From NCBI GenBank assembly GCA_050248855.1, contig JBFWRP010000019.1:1-64000 (forward strand): 64,000 bases of DNA. Reading direction: 5' to 3'. This document shows positions 15,701-27,551 of this stretch, one piece after another. The DNA is from Planctomycetota bacterium. GTDB taxonomy: Bacteria > Planctomycetota > PLA2 > JAEUHO01. Within the stretch, counting starts at the first letter, position 1, and each line of letters opens with the position of its first letter. The notes beneath the pieces were generated by a model, which did no database searches, was not told where the DNA came from, and saw nothing but the letters and a program-made list of their open reading frames with translations. The position numbers and the translations under genes were made by a program.

Positions 15701-18189
15701 AGACTTCTCAGCTCGGCGAGGCGATCCGCAGGAATCGTACCCAGGGACCTAGCCGCGGCGCGCCCTGCGCGACACGCCGCTCGCAGCTCCCGGGAGTCGC
15801 GGCGGGCGACTGCCAGCGATCCACGCACCAAGTGAAGATCGATGGTCCCGCCAGAGTCCTCTGAGGTCTGGTGTCTGCCAGAGACGATCGCTGCGGCGAG
15901 TTCTGGCTGTCCCGTTCGAACGAGGACCTCACAGAGTCGCGCCGACCGAGTAGGTGACATCGGCAGGTGCCCTGCATGCTTGGCGATAGTCCGCGCCAGT
16001 TCCGCCGAGGGCCGGTCGCTGGATAGGAGCCCGACCGCTGCCGCGGCTACGCCTCCCTCCTCTAGCGACTCTGGCGCGCCTGCAATCAGGCGTGATACCT
16101 CCCACCTGAGTTCATAGCGGTCCGGGGCCTCGAGGCTGTCAATCACCTCGGCCGCCACTTGCACGGCCCGTCGAGTGTCATTCAGTCTGACCAGTAGACT
16201 GACGCGCTGCGTTGCAGACAGCCCGGATCTCTCGTCGCAAGCCAAACTCGTAGCGGCTGTCCGCAGATTCGAGCGCTGAGATGTGGTCAGTCGCGAGGTC
16301 ACCTCCGCGAGTACGCGGTCATTGCGGAGGCGGACGTAGGTGCGGCCGGCGTGCTCGTGCTGGCGGGTGAGGTGGTGGAAGGCGCCGGTGGGCTCGAGCT
16401 GTCCCGCTGGGTAGAGGCCGGGGGTGTCGATGGGTAGGCCGGAGGGGAACAGGGCGAGGAGGCCGGCGCAGCGGAGCTCGTCGGGACCCAGCTGGCTGAT
16501 GAGGCGCATCTCGGCGGGCGAGGCCTCGTGGCGCTCGCGGTAATCGGCGAGGTGCGTGAGATCCCAAGCCCAGGCGTCGGCTTCGTGCTTCACGTCGCCG
16601 CGCGCACAGCCTTGCGAGAGCAGGTTGGAGAGGCGCCCCGGCAGTCCCTCCGTGAAGGACGCCAAGTGGGCGCTGTCCGTGTCGTCGAGATCCAAGCCGG
16701 GCACGCGATCGGCCACGAATGCGCGGACGTCCTCTGCGTCGAACAAGTCCGGCGTGATCGTCTCGAGGGTCTTCGTCCGACGGTCCGGCAGGGTGAAGTC
16801 GTCGGAGTCGGCCTCGCCCACGTCCAGCACGAGACCGATGCGCGCCGTCGTGCTGGACTGGGACATCCAGCGCGCCTGTAGATAGCGCGTGAGGGCCTGG
16901 AGGCCGGTCTTCGCGTCCTCCGTGAAGTCCTCGAAGGACTGCACGAGGATCAAGACGCTCTTCGGCTCGGGTGCGGCCTCGATCAGCGAGACGATCTGCT
17001 CGACGGCTGCGTCGACGCTCTCGGGCGCGCCGTCCGCGGAGGAGCCCTGCCCGTGCAGATGCGAGCGCAGGCCCAGCGCCATGTCGCGGAACGGGCGGAT
17101 GGCGGCATCGCGGTACGCATCGCCCTGGAGGCAGACCACCGGAAGCTCGGCACGGCGTGCAGCGTCGAGTGCGTGGCTCGAGAGGCGCGTCGCGCCGGTG
17201 TCCGTGGGCCCACGCACGATCACGACGGGAACGCGATTCTCGGGCGGGCCCTCCATCTCCTGGCCCGGGGCGCAATCCAGCGTGGCCACGAGTCGGTCGA
17301 TGACCGCGCAGCCTGCCTCGTTGGCGATCATCGCCCCGCCGCGCGTCACTTCGGCCGCCTCGGGCGACGTGAACATGGGCAGCTCGTTGTCGCGGGCTGC
17401 CCCCAAGGCGCGGATCAGGGCGAGACCGTCGTGCGGGCGGTGGTTGGGCTCGCGGTCGAGGAGGCTGGCGATCAGCTCCTCGGCCCAGGCGGGGGCCTCG
17501 GGGTGGATCTCGCGCAGGCGGGGCGCCCGCTCCTTGCGCCGGCGGCCGAGGACCTCGCCCGCGCGGCCCTCGATGGGCTCGCGCCCGCAGGCCAGGCGGA
17601 AGGCGACCAGCCCGAGCGAGTAGAGGTCGACGCGGTGGTCGTGCTCGCCCTCCTGGGTCATCTCGGGCGCCATGTAGCGCGGCGTACCCCGCCCGAAGCC
17701 TCGGATGGCGCCCACGTGGGCCAAACCACCGTCCGTCAGGACGAAGTGGGGCTCGCCGTCACGCCACTCGAGCATCCAGTTGCCGGGCGTGACGTCGTAA
17801 TGGATCAGGCCGCGGCGGTGGAGCGCCCCGAGCACGCGGGCGCCCTGCTCGAGGAAGGCGGCCACGAGCTCCTCGGACTGCGGCCCCTCGAGGCTGGCCA
17901 AGCTCGTGCCGTGCACGAAGCGCGTCACTTCGAACCAGCCGGTGTCGCCCCACGCTCCGACGTCCAGAACCGTGGCCCAGTTCGGGTGGCGGAACCACCG
18001 CAGGACGTGGTCCGCGCTCGTGTCGCGGCGCCCCCCGACGAGCTCTTCGACCAGCTTGAGTGCGACGACCTCGCCCGCGCGGGCGAGGTCCTCCGCCAGA
18101 TAGACCTTCCCCTGGCTCCCCTCGCCGACGCGGCGGAGGAGGCGGTATCGTCCCTGGACGAGTTGGCCTGTGCGGTCGTCGCTCGCCAT
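12724..18189 (-). CDS. Multidomain signalling protein: Ser/Thr kinase-like + degenerate STAND NTPase + TPR + GAF + His kinase + receiver
   Basis: VGEGSQGKVY/VALK/HYDVTPGN/DGG/GTPRYMAPE; GPTDTGATR; LMNNLGAALQESGE..AIETLSKAL; RSIICAPML..GVVYAD; VAHEFNNLL; TNLLKNALDA, DNGPGIP, FDPFYTTK, GSGLGL; IIVVDDD..LITDISM..MTG..KPF. Confidence 0.88.
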   Translation of the reverse strand: MASDDRTGQLVQGRYRLLRRVGEGSQGKVYLAEDLARAGEVVALKLVEELVGGRRDTSADHVLRWFRHPNWATVLDVGAWGDTGWFEVTRFVHGTSLASLEGPQSEELVAAFLEQGARVLGALHRRGLIHYDVTPGNWMLEWRDGEPHFVLTDGGLAHVGAIRGFGRGTPRYMAPEMTQEGEHDHRVDLYSLGLVAFRLACGREPIEGRAGEVLGRRRKERAPRLREIHPEAPAWAEELIASLLDREPNHRPHDGLALIRALGAARDNELPMFTSPEAAEVTRGGAMIANEAGCAVIDRLVATLDCAPGQEMEGPPENRVPVVIVRGPTDTGATRLSSHALDAARRAELPVVCLQGDAYRDAAIRPFRDMALGLRSHLHGQGSSADGAPESVDAAVEQIVSLIEAAPEPKSVLILVQSFEDFTEDAKTGLQALTRYLQARWMSQSSTTARIGLVLDVGEADSDDFTLPDRRTKTLETITPDLFDAEDVRAFVADRVPGLDLDDTDSAHLASFTEGLPGRLSNLLSQGCARGDVKHEADAWAWDLTHLADYRERHEASPAEMRLISQLGPDELRCAGLLALFPSGLPIDTPGLYPAGQLEPTGAFHHLTRQHEHAGRTYVRLRNDRVLAEVTSRLTTSQRSNLRTAATSLACDERSGLSATQRVSLLVRLNDTRRAVQVAAEVIDSLEAPDRYELRWEVSRLIAGAPESLEEGGVAAAAVGLLSSDRPSAELARTIAKHAGHLPMSPTRSARLCEVLVRTGQPELAAAIVSGRHQTSEDSGGTIDLHLVRGSLAVARRDSRELRAACRAGRAAARSLGTIPADRLAELRSLHAQALMMHGHAPWASKLLERALADAPSNAADLRARLMNNLGAALQESGESTRAIETLSKALDLRVASSNVKGILATSYNLARVLFIGGEGTACSALLQRASSTALRHGNAEMVSAMLSMLGEVYDQQLSCALADQTFERAMAAAEASRSAYRTAFTAHLLAPLCAARGRYQRACELLRLIGSLGREGPGLSEHRRQRPATLRQVVLHLGRARLASASTALLSPESEGTRGALASPMAALLAELRESGGGRMLYCSRPQVGASRDRAAYRLYLVARRARLRGASPERMARILGMMLPGPEMHRGASGPLRRAAFELVLKFAADARSRDIAKWHSALDMVARYSRHSGEQLIHLRATALRSTLTNCVKSDRIRNFSDAVGGLAELLGRQDSRAQGWRLPREYAVARASLAGGSDATLIHYSIAALQAYAHRLISSVGTSNSSDGRLTNALRHVLQATSDLDATGDLNELTRKVSQLTVEMTGCERALVVRKLPDGTQVVSTAMSDAARARGLDPTVSQTVVRRAMELRRPLILHDVFGDEELMQRPSITRLALRSIICAPMLRHEKFYGVVYADVSSAAASFDQVDLEILSLFAEQVAGRLESRLLMFELKQSMEELRSAQDRLIRGERLRTLGELSSGVAHEFNNLLTGILSRMQLLRMERQLDSHVQRELLLVERAALDAAEIVQRLQTFTRRQRERGFVRVNVTSIVDEAVEFLRPLWTGAGPARRVNVRVLTQDGLESLGSATELREVVTNLLKNALDACGDEGRIEIRTHLEWPHVSIEVEDNGPGIPPEVLPRVFDPFYTTKGDRGSGLGLPLSAQIMERHSGSLSVLRTSPSGTVMRVVLPHYSAVSHTPTERPDYAVTEAKRALRIIVVDDDENVREPLRRYLEQVGHDVSAASSAPQVVEQLASGDPPDLLITDISMVGMSGIELCRQALSLHPGLDVVLMTGRASYLEDAGVRNVGARALLAKPFPLQTIDGVIEDCIRRRGT

Positions 18190-18322
18190 GAGTTGCGGTG
18201 CCTGGGTCTCCGGGCACCTATCGACCGACCCGGGACTCCAGCCTTACGAGCGGCGAGGCAACGTCTGCGATCGCCGGTGTCGATCGCAGTCGGGGTAGGC
18301 CGCGCTTCGTGCGAACAGCCCG

Positions 18323-19009
18323 CTACGTCAGGCCGGCGATCACCGCCTCGATGCGCGCCATGAGCTCTGCGGCGAACGCGTTCTCGGCATCGCGCAACGG
18401 ATGGTCATGGGGCGGCTCGGTCCATCGCATGGGTGGACCGAAGGCGACACGCACGCGGGCGGCGCGCGGGCTCCTGGCGCCGGGCGGCCAGGCGCGGCGG
18501 GCGCCGACGATGCCCACCGGTACGACCCACGCGCCCGTGCGCCGGGCCAGGATCGCGATGCCGCGCTGGCCGACGCCACGGCGACCGTCTCGCGACAGCC
18601 GGCCCTCGGGGAACAGTCCCACGGCCTGGCCGCGCTTCACGGTGGCGATGGCGCGGCGCAAGCCCCGGCGCGCCAACCGACCGGCGTCGACGGGGATGGC
18701 CCCAACCAGCGCGAAGAACCAGCGCATGGACTTCCACGCGTAGAAGTCGTTGGTCATCACGAAGGTCACGCGGCGACGCATGACCATCTGGACGAAGGCG
18801 GGGTCGAGGTAGGACTCGTGGTTGGGGCAGAGGACGATGCGCTGGTCGCGCGGTACGCGCGCTCGCCGGCCGACGCGCCGGACGCGGAACATCGGTGACG
18901 TGCTCAGCATCACCGTCGTTTTCAGCGCGGCATAGCCCGCTTCGTAGGCGATGCGCCACGCGCGTCCCAACGGGCCGGGTCGGTTCAGTCGGCGTCGCAG
19001 CGCGGACAT
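18323..19009 (-). CDS. Lysophospholipid (1-acyl-sn-glycerol-3-phosphate) acyltransferase
   Basis: NHESYLD (NHxxxxD) and FPEGR motifs. Confidence 0.88.
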   Translation of the reverse strand: MSALRRRLNRPGPLGRAWRIAYEAGYAALKTTVMLSTSPMFRVRRVGRRARVPRDQRIVLCPNHESYLDPAFVQMVMRRRVTFVMTNDFYAWKSMRWFFALVGAIPVDAGRLARRGLRRAIATVKRGQAVGLFPEGRLSRDGRRGVGQRGIAILARRTGAWVVPVGIVGARRAWPPGARSPRAARVRVAFGPPMRWTEPPHDHPLRDAENAFAAELMARIEAVIAGLT

Positions 19010-19032
19010 GTCAGCGCGCTGCGAGCCAGCGC

Positions 19033-20304
19033 CTACTTGGCGGCGAGCTCGTTGCGAAGCGCGTCGCGGCGTTCGAGCAGCTCGCGGATGTGGGAGGTCA
19101 GCTGTCGCTTGGCCTCGCCGTTGGGCATCATCTTGTGTGCTTGGTAGTACATGTTGACCGAGCGCTCGAGCAGCGCCAGCGACTCGGCATCGCGCTTGCC
19201 CGCCAGGTCGAACTGCCACTCGAGGACCTGCGCGCCGCTCTGCCAAGCGGGCTGCAGGCTGTCGCCCGCCTCGTCCTTGTAGAAGTGGCAAACCCGCATG
19301 TAGTGCAGCGCCGCGGTGTCCAGATCGTCAATGAGGGCCTGGACCTGATCCTTGCCCGCGCCCGCCTTCTTCGCCTGCACGTCGAGGTAGACGATGTCGC
19401 CGAGGCCCTTGTAGGCGCTGGCGAGGAGCGACTTGTCGGTCAGGCTCTCCTTGTTGTTGACGACATCGGTGAAGAAGGGCAAGGCATCCTTGCCCTTGCC
19501 TTGCGCGACGAGGGACTTGCCGATGCCCACCTGGGCTTTCATGAGCGGGATCGCCGCTTCGGCCGCGGCGTTCTTGCCCTTGATCTTCTGGACGAGATCC
19601 CGGTAGGCCTTCTCGGCGGCCGCGTAGCCCTGCGCGTTGCGCGCGGCGGGGAACACGAGCCAGTCGATCTCGCTGACGGCGGCCTCGAAGAGGTCGCGCA
19701 CGTTGACGTTGGGCAGCGCAGCCACCTTGCCGAGCGCGTCGCGGGCCTCGGCGGCCTTGCCCTGCGCGACCCCGATTCGGGCGAGCAGGATGTAGGCCTG
19801 TGGGACGTAGTAGCCCTCGGGGAAGGCCGCGATCAGCTCGCCGGCGGCGGCCTTGGCCTTGTCCGCGTCGCCCGCGAGGCGGAGGCACTCGAGCCGGCGC
19901 CACATGGCGACTTGGCGGTCGCCGTCGCGAAGCGTTTCGGCCGCTTCCTGGAAGCTGGCAGCCGCCTCCATGAAGAAGCCCGCGCGCGCCTGGTTCATCG
20001 CGTTGGAGAACACCGGGTCACGGCTGGCCTCGGTGCAGTACACGTCCATCACGAAGCCCGCGTTGACGCTGTCCCGGCCGACCTTGACCTTGTCGTAGCG
20101 AAGCTCCACGTTGCCCTTGCCGCTGCGCTGGAGCGCATCGTCCGACGGGTACTCCGAGGGCGACAGGCCTTCCCCGATCTTGTCGGGAAGGAACTTGCCG
20201 TCGCGCGTGACCACGATGTCGGCAGACGCAGTCGTGGCCATGGACGGGAGGATGGCGAAGAGGAAGGCGGCCGCGGTGGCCAGCCCCTGGAGTCGGTAGC
20301 TCAT
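19033..20304 (-). CDS. Secreted TPR-like helical repeat protein
   Basis: Signal peptide ending TASA; Ala/Lys-rich TPR-like helices (LIAAFPEGYYVPQAYILLARI; SAYKGLGDIVY). Confidence 0.7.
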   Translation of the reverse strand: MSYRLQGLATAAAFLFAILPSMATTASADIVVTRDGKFLPDKIGEGLSPSEYPSDDALQRSGKGNVELRYDKVKVGRDSVNAGFVMDVYCTEASRDPVFSNAMNQARAGFFMEAAASFQEAAETLRDGDRQVAMWRRLECLRLAGDADKAKAAAGELIAAFPEGYYVPQAYILLARIGVAQGKAAEARDALGKVAALPNVNVRDLFEAAVSEIDWLVFPAARNAQGYAAAEKAYRDLVQKIKGKNAAAEAAIPLMKAQVGIGKSLVAQGKGKDALPFFTDVVNNKESLTDKSLLASAYKGLGDIVYLDVQAKKAGAGKDQVQALIDDLDTAALHYMRVCHFYKDEAGDSLQPAWQSGAQVLEWQFDLAGKRDAESLALLERSVNMYYQAHKMMPNGEAKRQLTSHIRELLERRDALRNELAAK

Positions 20305-20371
20305 GGTTGTTCGTGCCTTGGTAGGGGTCGGACCGGCAGCGGGCAGAGGCTACCGGTTGCTCCGCGGCCGG

Positions 20372-21250
20372 TCAACCGGGCCCGGTAGCCCGCGACGTGA
20401 CGCGCTCGACTTCGCCGGGATCCAGCCTCATCCGGGCGTGCCCCTGCGCGCCGTAGCGGTGGGCGATGAGCTCGGCCACGATCGAGACGGCGATCTCGCC
20501 CGCGGAGGCGCCGCCCAGGTCCAGGCCGATCGGGGCGTGGAGCCGCCCGAGGTCCACGCCCGAGAGCCGGCCTTCCTCGCCCAGGCGGCGGAGGATGCCG
20601 CGGACCTTGCCCTGGCTGCCGATCAGGCCGACGTAGCGGGCCGGGCTGGCCAGGGCGAAGCCCGTGCACTCCAGGTCGTAGGCGTGCCCACGCGTGACGA
20701 CGACGCACGAGGTGCCGGGCGTGACCTGGAGGCGCGGGAACGCGGCCTCGAAGGACTCGGCCGCGATGACCTCGCCGGCATCGGGGAAACGCTCGCGGTT
20801 GGCGAAGCTCTCCCGATCGTCCACGACGGTCACGCGGAAGCCCGCGCGGTGGGCGATCGTGCAGAGGTCGCGGGAAATGTGGCCTGCACCGAACACGAGC
20901 AGCTGGGGGACGCCGACGGACTCCACGAACACCTCCAGCTCGCCCCCGCACATGAGGCCGGTGGCGCCCGTCGCATTCTCGGTGAGGCGGAACGTGAGCC
21001 GCTTGGGGCGCCCGGAGCGGAGCACGTCCAGGCAGGCGTCCACGACGTCCGCCTCCACGCAGCCGCCCCCGACGGTGCCGAGGAACCGACCGTCGCCGTA
21101 GACCAGGAGGCGCATCGTCTCCTTGCCGGGCGTGCTGCCGCGCGTGGCGATGACCGTGGCCAGGGCCGCGGCCTCCCCGGTGCGCCGGACCTCGGCCAGG
21201 GCCTCGAACAGGTCGCGGGGCGGGGTGGGCGGCCGGGGCACGAGCGGCAT
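20372..21250 (-). CDS. XdhC/CoxI family molybdo-enzyme accessory factor
   Basis: ATVIATRGSTPGK, GTVGGGCVE, CGGELEVFVE, GAGHIS, YVGLIGS, HAPIGLDLGG..EIAVSIVAEL. Confidence 0.9.
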   Translation of the reverse strand: MPLVPRPPTPPRDLFEALAEVRRTGEAAALATVIATRGSTPGKETMRLLVYGDGRFLGTVGGGCVEADVVDACLDVLRSGRPKRLTFRLTENATGATGLMCGGELEVFVESVGVPQLLVFGAGHISRDLCTIAHRAGFRVTVVDDRESFANRERFPDAGEVIAAESFEAAFPRLQVTPGTSCVVVTRGHAYDLECTGFALASPARYVGLIGSQGKVRGILRRLGEEGRLSGVDLGRLHAPIGLDLGGASAGEIAVSIVAELIAHRYGAQGHARMRLDPGEVERVTSRATGPG

Positions 21251-21314
21251 GGTAGCGGTCGCGCCACGGCCTCGTCCCTATCACCCGGCCCCGTCCGGCG
21301 TAGGGTTGATCGCC

Positions 21315-22682
21315 ATGTGGACTCCCCTCTACCGCACCCTCACCTCCTCCTTCCTCGGGGCCGCCCTGCTGGCGGGCTCGGCGGGGCTGGCGCACGGCGA
21401 CGAAGGCCGTGGCGAGCGCCGCAGCGACATCGTCAAGGTCGTCGAGATGGCGCGCCCCGCCGTCGTGTCGATCCGCACCAACCAGCTGGTCCAGCGGGTC
21501 TGGTACCCGTTCATGGACCTGCCGCTCACGGGGCCCGTGGAGGAACGCGACGGCGGCCTGGGCTCGGGCGCCATCTTCCATCCCGACGGCTATGTCATGA
21601 CGAACGCCCACGTGCTGGCCCGGGCCAGCAAGGTGTTCGTGAGCATCCCCTCGCCGGATGGCACGCCCATCGAGCGCCGGGCCCTGCCCTTGGCCGTCGA
21701 CATCCCCAACGACCTGGCGATCCTGCGCATCGAGCGCGAGGCCGGCGACGGGGACCGCAGCTGGCCGCACCTCGACCTCGGGCGCAGCAACGACCTGATG
21801 CTCGGCGAGACCGTGATTGCCATGGGCCACCCGTTCCGCCTCGGCTTCACCGTGACCCAGGGGATCATCAGCGGCACGGGGCGGTCGCTGGACATCAAGG
21901 GCCAGCAGTTCCACGACTTCCTGCAGGTCGATGCGGCCATCAACCCCGGCAACTCGGGCGGGCCCCTCTTCGACGTGACGGGCCGCTGGATCGGGGTGAA
22001 CACGGCCATCTACAACCGCGCGAGCGGTGCCGAAGGCATCGGCTTTGCGATTCCCGCGGACCGCGTGCGCTCGCTCGTGGCCCGTGCCTTCAAGCGGCGC
22101 CTGGTGTCGCAGGACTGGATCGGCCTGGACCTGGACGAAGGGCCGCTCGGCGAGGCGCGCGTCGAGCGCGTGTTCCCCCACGGCCCGGCCCGTGACGCCG
22201 ACATCCGTCCGGGCGACATCATCGTGTCCATCGACGGAGAAGGCGTCCCGACGCTGTTCGATGCCCGCCTGCGGCTGCTGGATCACGCCCGTGGCGCGCC
22301 CGTCCAGCTGGTCGTGCAGCGACGGGCGGGCGAGCGAAGCATCGACAAGCGCGTGGACGTGCGGGTGGAGCCGCTTCCGACGGACGGGCTCAGCCGGCAG
22401 CGGCTGGGCTTCACGGCCGAGGAGACCGACCTGTTCGATGGCGTGCGCGTGGTCGCCGTGCGGCCGGGGAGCCCGTCGGACAAGATCGGCCTCAAGCGCG
22501 GCGACGTCATCGTGGGCCTTGGCGGCTACCGCATCCGCAGCAGCGAGGACCTGCTCCTGTTCCTGCAGTACGTCAGCAGCGGGGACATCGTGAAGGTCCG
22601 CGTGAGCGGCGCCTCACGACCCCAGGACTGGCGCGCCGGCGGGATGGTCGGCGACCTGCAGGGCGTGCTCCAGGCGGAGTAG
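21315..22682 (+). CDS. HtrA/DegP-like serine protease with two PDZ domains
   Basis: Signal peptide; TNAHV, DLAIL, DAAINPGNSGG catalytic triad; two PDZ-like segments. Confidence 0.9.
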   Translation: MWTPLYRTLTSSFLGAALLAGSAGLAHGDEGRGERRSDIVKVVEMARPAVVSIRTNQLVQRVWYPFMDLPLTGPVEERDGGLGSGAIFHPDGYVMTNAHVLARASKVFVSIPSPDGTPIERRALPLAVDIPNDLAILRIEREAGDGDRSWPHLDLGRSNDLMLGETVIAMGHPFRLGFTVTQGIISGTGRSLDIKGQQFHDFLQVDAAINPGNSGGPLFDVTGRWIGVNTAIYNRASGAEGIGFAIPADRVRSLVARAFKRRLVSQDWIGLDLDEGPLGEARVERVFPHGPARDADIRPGDIIVSIDGEGVPTLFDARLRLLDHARGAPVQLVVQRRAGERSIDKRVDVRVEPLPTDGLSRQRLGFTAEETDLFDGVRVVAVRPGSPSDKIGLKRGDVIVGLGGYRIRSSEDLLLFLQYVSSGDIVKVRVSGASRPQDWRAGGMVGDLQGVLQAE

Positions 22683-22741
22683 CCGAGGGCCCTGGGCTGG
22701 ACCCTCGAACCAGCGGTTCGAGGGTCCGAGTCGAAGGGCTA
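22681..22741. repeat. REP-like hairpin repeat, copy 1
   Basis: GCCCTGGGC-[GGACCCTCGAACC..GGTTCGAGGGTCC]-GTCGAAGGGCTA; aligns with 26893-26952. Confidence 0.65.
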
Positions 22742-23422
22742 CCCCATCGTGACGCGCTTGATGCCCAGGATGTCGGCGACCTTCTCGTCGATGCGGCTGA
22801 TGCCCAGCACGTGCTCGATGACGATGGGCTGCTGCTCGCGCGGGGTCGTCAGGATCATGCGCCCCGAGCCGCACAGCACGCGCTCCAGGACGTCCGGGAT
22901 CTCCTTGAACCAGCGCAGGTCCTCGGTGCTGTAGCGCTTCAGGTCAGCGAACACGCCCCGGCGGTGGATGACCTCGTTGTGGCGGAACTCCCAGTAGTCG
23001 AAGCGGGTCTTGACGAACACGAACAGGTAGATGATCGTGAACAGGCCGAACATGGTGAAGTAGAACGTGGAGTCCATGTTGAGCTTGAGGTTGACGACCC
23101 AATCCCCGATCGGGCCCAGGAAGTCGAAGTAGAGGCCCGCGAACACGACCACGGCGATGGTGGCCAGGAGCAGCAGGGAGATCACCTCCGTGAAGTCGAA
23201 CGCGATGACCATCATGTTGAAGGCGAAGACCGCCATCCAGATGGTGCCCAGGTGGACGGCGCCACCGGGGTTGTTCTTCTCGAGGATCGCGGCGACCAGC
23301 GAGACGATCCACGTCAGCCAGAAGAAGACGACCTTCGGATAGGCCCGGACGATCACCCTCGGGTGCATGTTCGTCGGTGCGGGTGCTGCGGGCGTGGGGG
23401 CGGGAGCGGGACTGTCCGACAC
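22739..23422 (-). CDS. Conserved membrane protein (about 4 TM) with PH-like soluble C-terminus
   Basis: AGGAGG RBS before GTG; hydrophobic segments; C-term YWEFRHNEVIHRRGVF..LCGSGRMIL. Confidence 0.7.
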   Translation of the reverse strand: MSDSPAPAPTPAAPAPTNMHPRVIVRAYPKVVFFWLTWIVSLVAAILEKNNPGGAVHLGTIWMAVFAFNMMVIAFDFTEVISLLLLATIAVVVFAGLYFDFLGPIGDWVVNLKLNMDSTFYFTMFGLFTIIYLFVFVKTRFDYWEFRHNEVIHRRGVFADLKRYSTEDLRWFKEIPDVLERVLCGSGRMILTTPREQQPIVIEHVLGISRIDEKVADILGIKRVTMG

Positions 23423-23633
23423 GGGGTTCCTCCTGCGTGCGCACGGCGGCGAGGGCGCTCGGGCCGAGTCTACGGGCGTCGGGGCGGGGTGACGTTCCCG
23501 TTCCCCGGTGTCGCGGCTGGGGGCGGAGGCCTCCCCGCGATCTTCTTGCAGCACCGGGCGGACGCGCTGGCGCCGGGGGGACCCCTCGCGGGCTCCGCCC
23601 GGTATCTTCCGCCCCCGCACGGAGGTGGACGGC

Positions 23634-26888
<3,255 letters not shown>

Positions 26889-26892
26889 CCGA

Positions 26893-26952
26893 AGCCGCAG
26901 GCCCTGGGCAGGCTCTTCGAACGAAGGTTCGAAGGGCCGTGTCGAAGGGCTA
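26893..26952. repeat. REP-like hairpin repeat, copy 2
   Basis: GCCCTGGGC-[GGCTCTTCGAAC..GTTCGAAGGGCC]-GTCGAAGGGCTA. Confidence 0.65.
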
Positions 26953-27549
26953 GTTCCCCGATCCGCTCGCGAACGGCCGGCGGAAGCCGATCTTGACGTT
27001 GGGCGCGGTGATGAGGTGGTGCGGCGGGAGCGTGTTCTCCTTGGTGGGCCGCATGCGCCACGTGACGTCGAACACGCGGTAGCGCGTGCCGTTCTCGATG
27101 TTGTAGAGAAGCGTGATGAAGTTGTCGAGCGTCGTGGGCTTGAAGGTGTAGTCGCGCTCGACCTCGTCGTAGCCCTTCGTGGAGTAGCTCGACACGCGCT
27201 CGGTACCGGCGCGATCGACCTCCATCAACGACCGGCTGGCGAAGCCGTCGATCAGCTCGCCGCGGATGCCCGTGGAGTCCGTGCCGGTGCCGACGGCCGA
27301 GGCATACCCAGCGACCAGGCGTTGCGTGGCCAAGCCGAGTGCCGCGAGCTGGCGCGGGCGGCCCTGGCTGTCGGTGACGTTCTCGTCGGCCGTGAGCAGC
27401 TTGTCGGCGAAGGCGTTCTCGGCCTTGTACTCCTCGAGCTGGCCGCGGATGCGGAACCAGACGAAGCCGATCACGGCGATCAGGACCGCGAACACGATGC
27501 AGTAGTACTTGAGGGGGTCGCCCGGGGCGGTGTCAGCCTTGGCAGCCAT
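26950..27549 (-). CDS. PilO/GspM-like inner-membrane protein
   Basis: Single N-terminal TM plus coiled region; follows the PilM-like gene; LDNFITLLYNIE pattern. Confidence 0.5.
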   Translation of the reverse strand: MAAKADTAPGDPLKYYCIVFAVLIAVIGFVWFRIRGQLEEYKAENAFADKLLTADENVTDSQGRPRQLAALGLATQRLVAGYASAVGTGTDSTGIRGELIDGFASRSLMEVDRAGTERVSSYSTKGYDEVERDYTFKPTTLDNFITLLYNIENGTRYRVFDVTWRMRPTKENTLPPHHLITAPNVKIGFRRPFASGSGN

Positions 27550-27551
27550 CG

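Noticed and set aside
10220..16320. Prophage, IS, integron or DGR explanation for the low-GC core
   Set aside because: No integrase, transposase, reverse transcriptase, att/tRNA site or TR/VR repeat pair visible in the window
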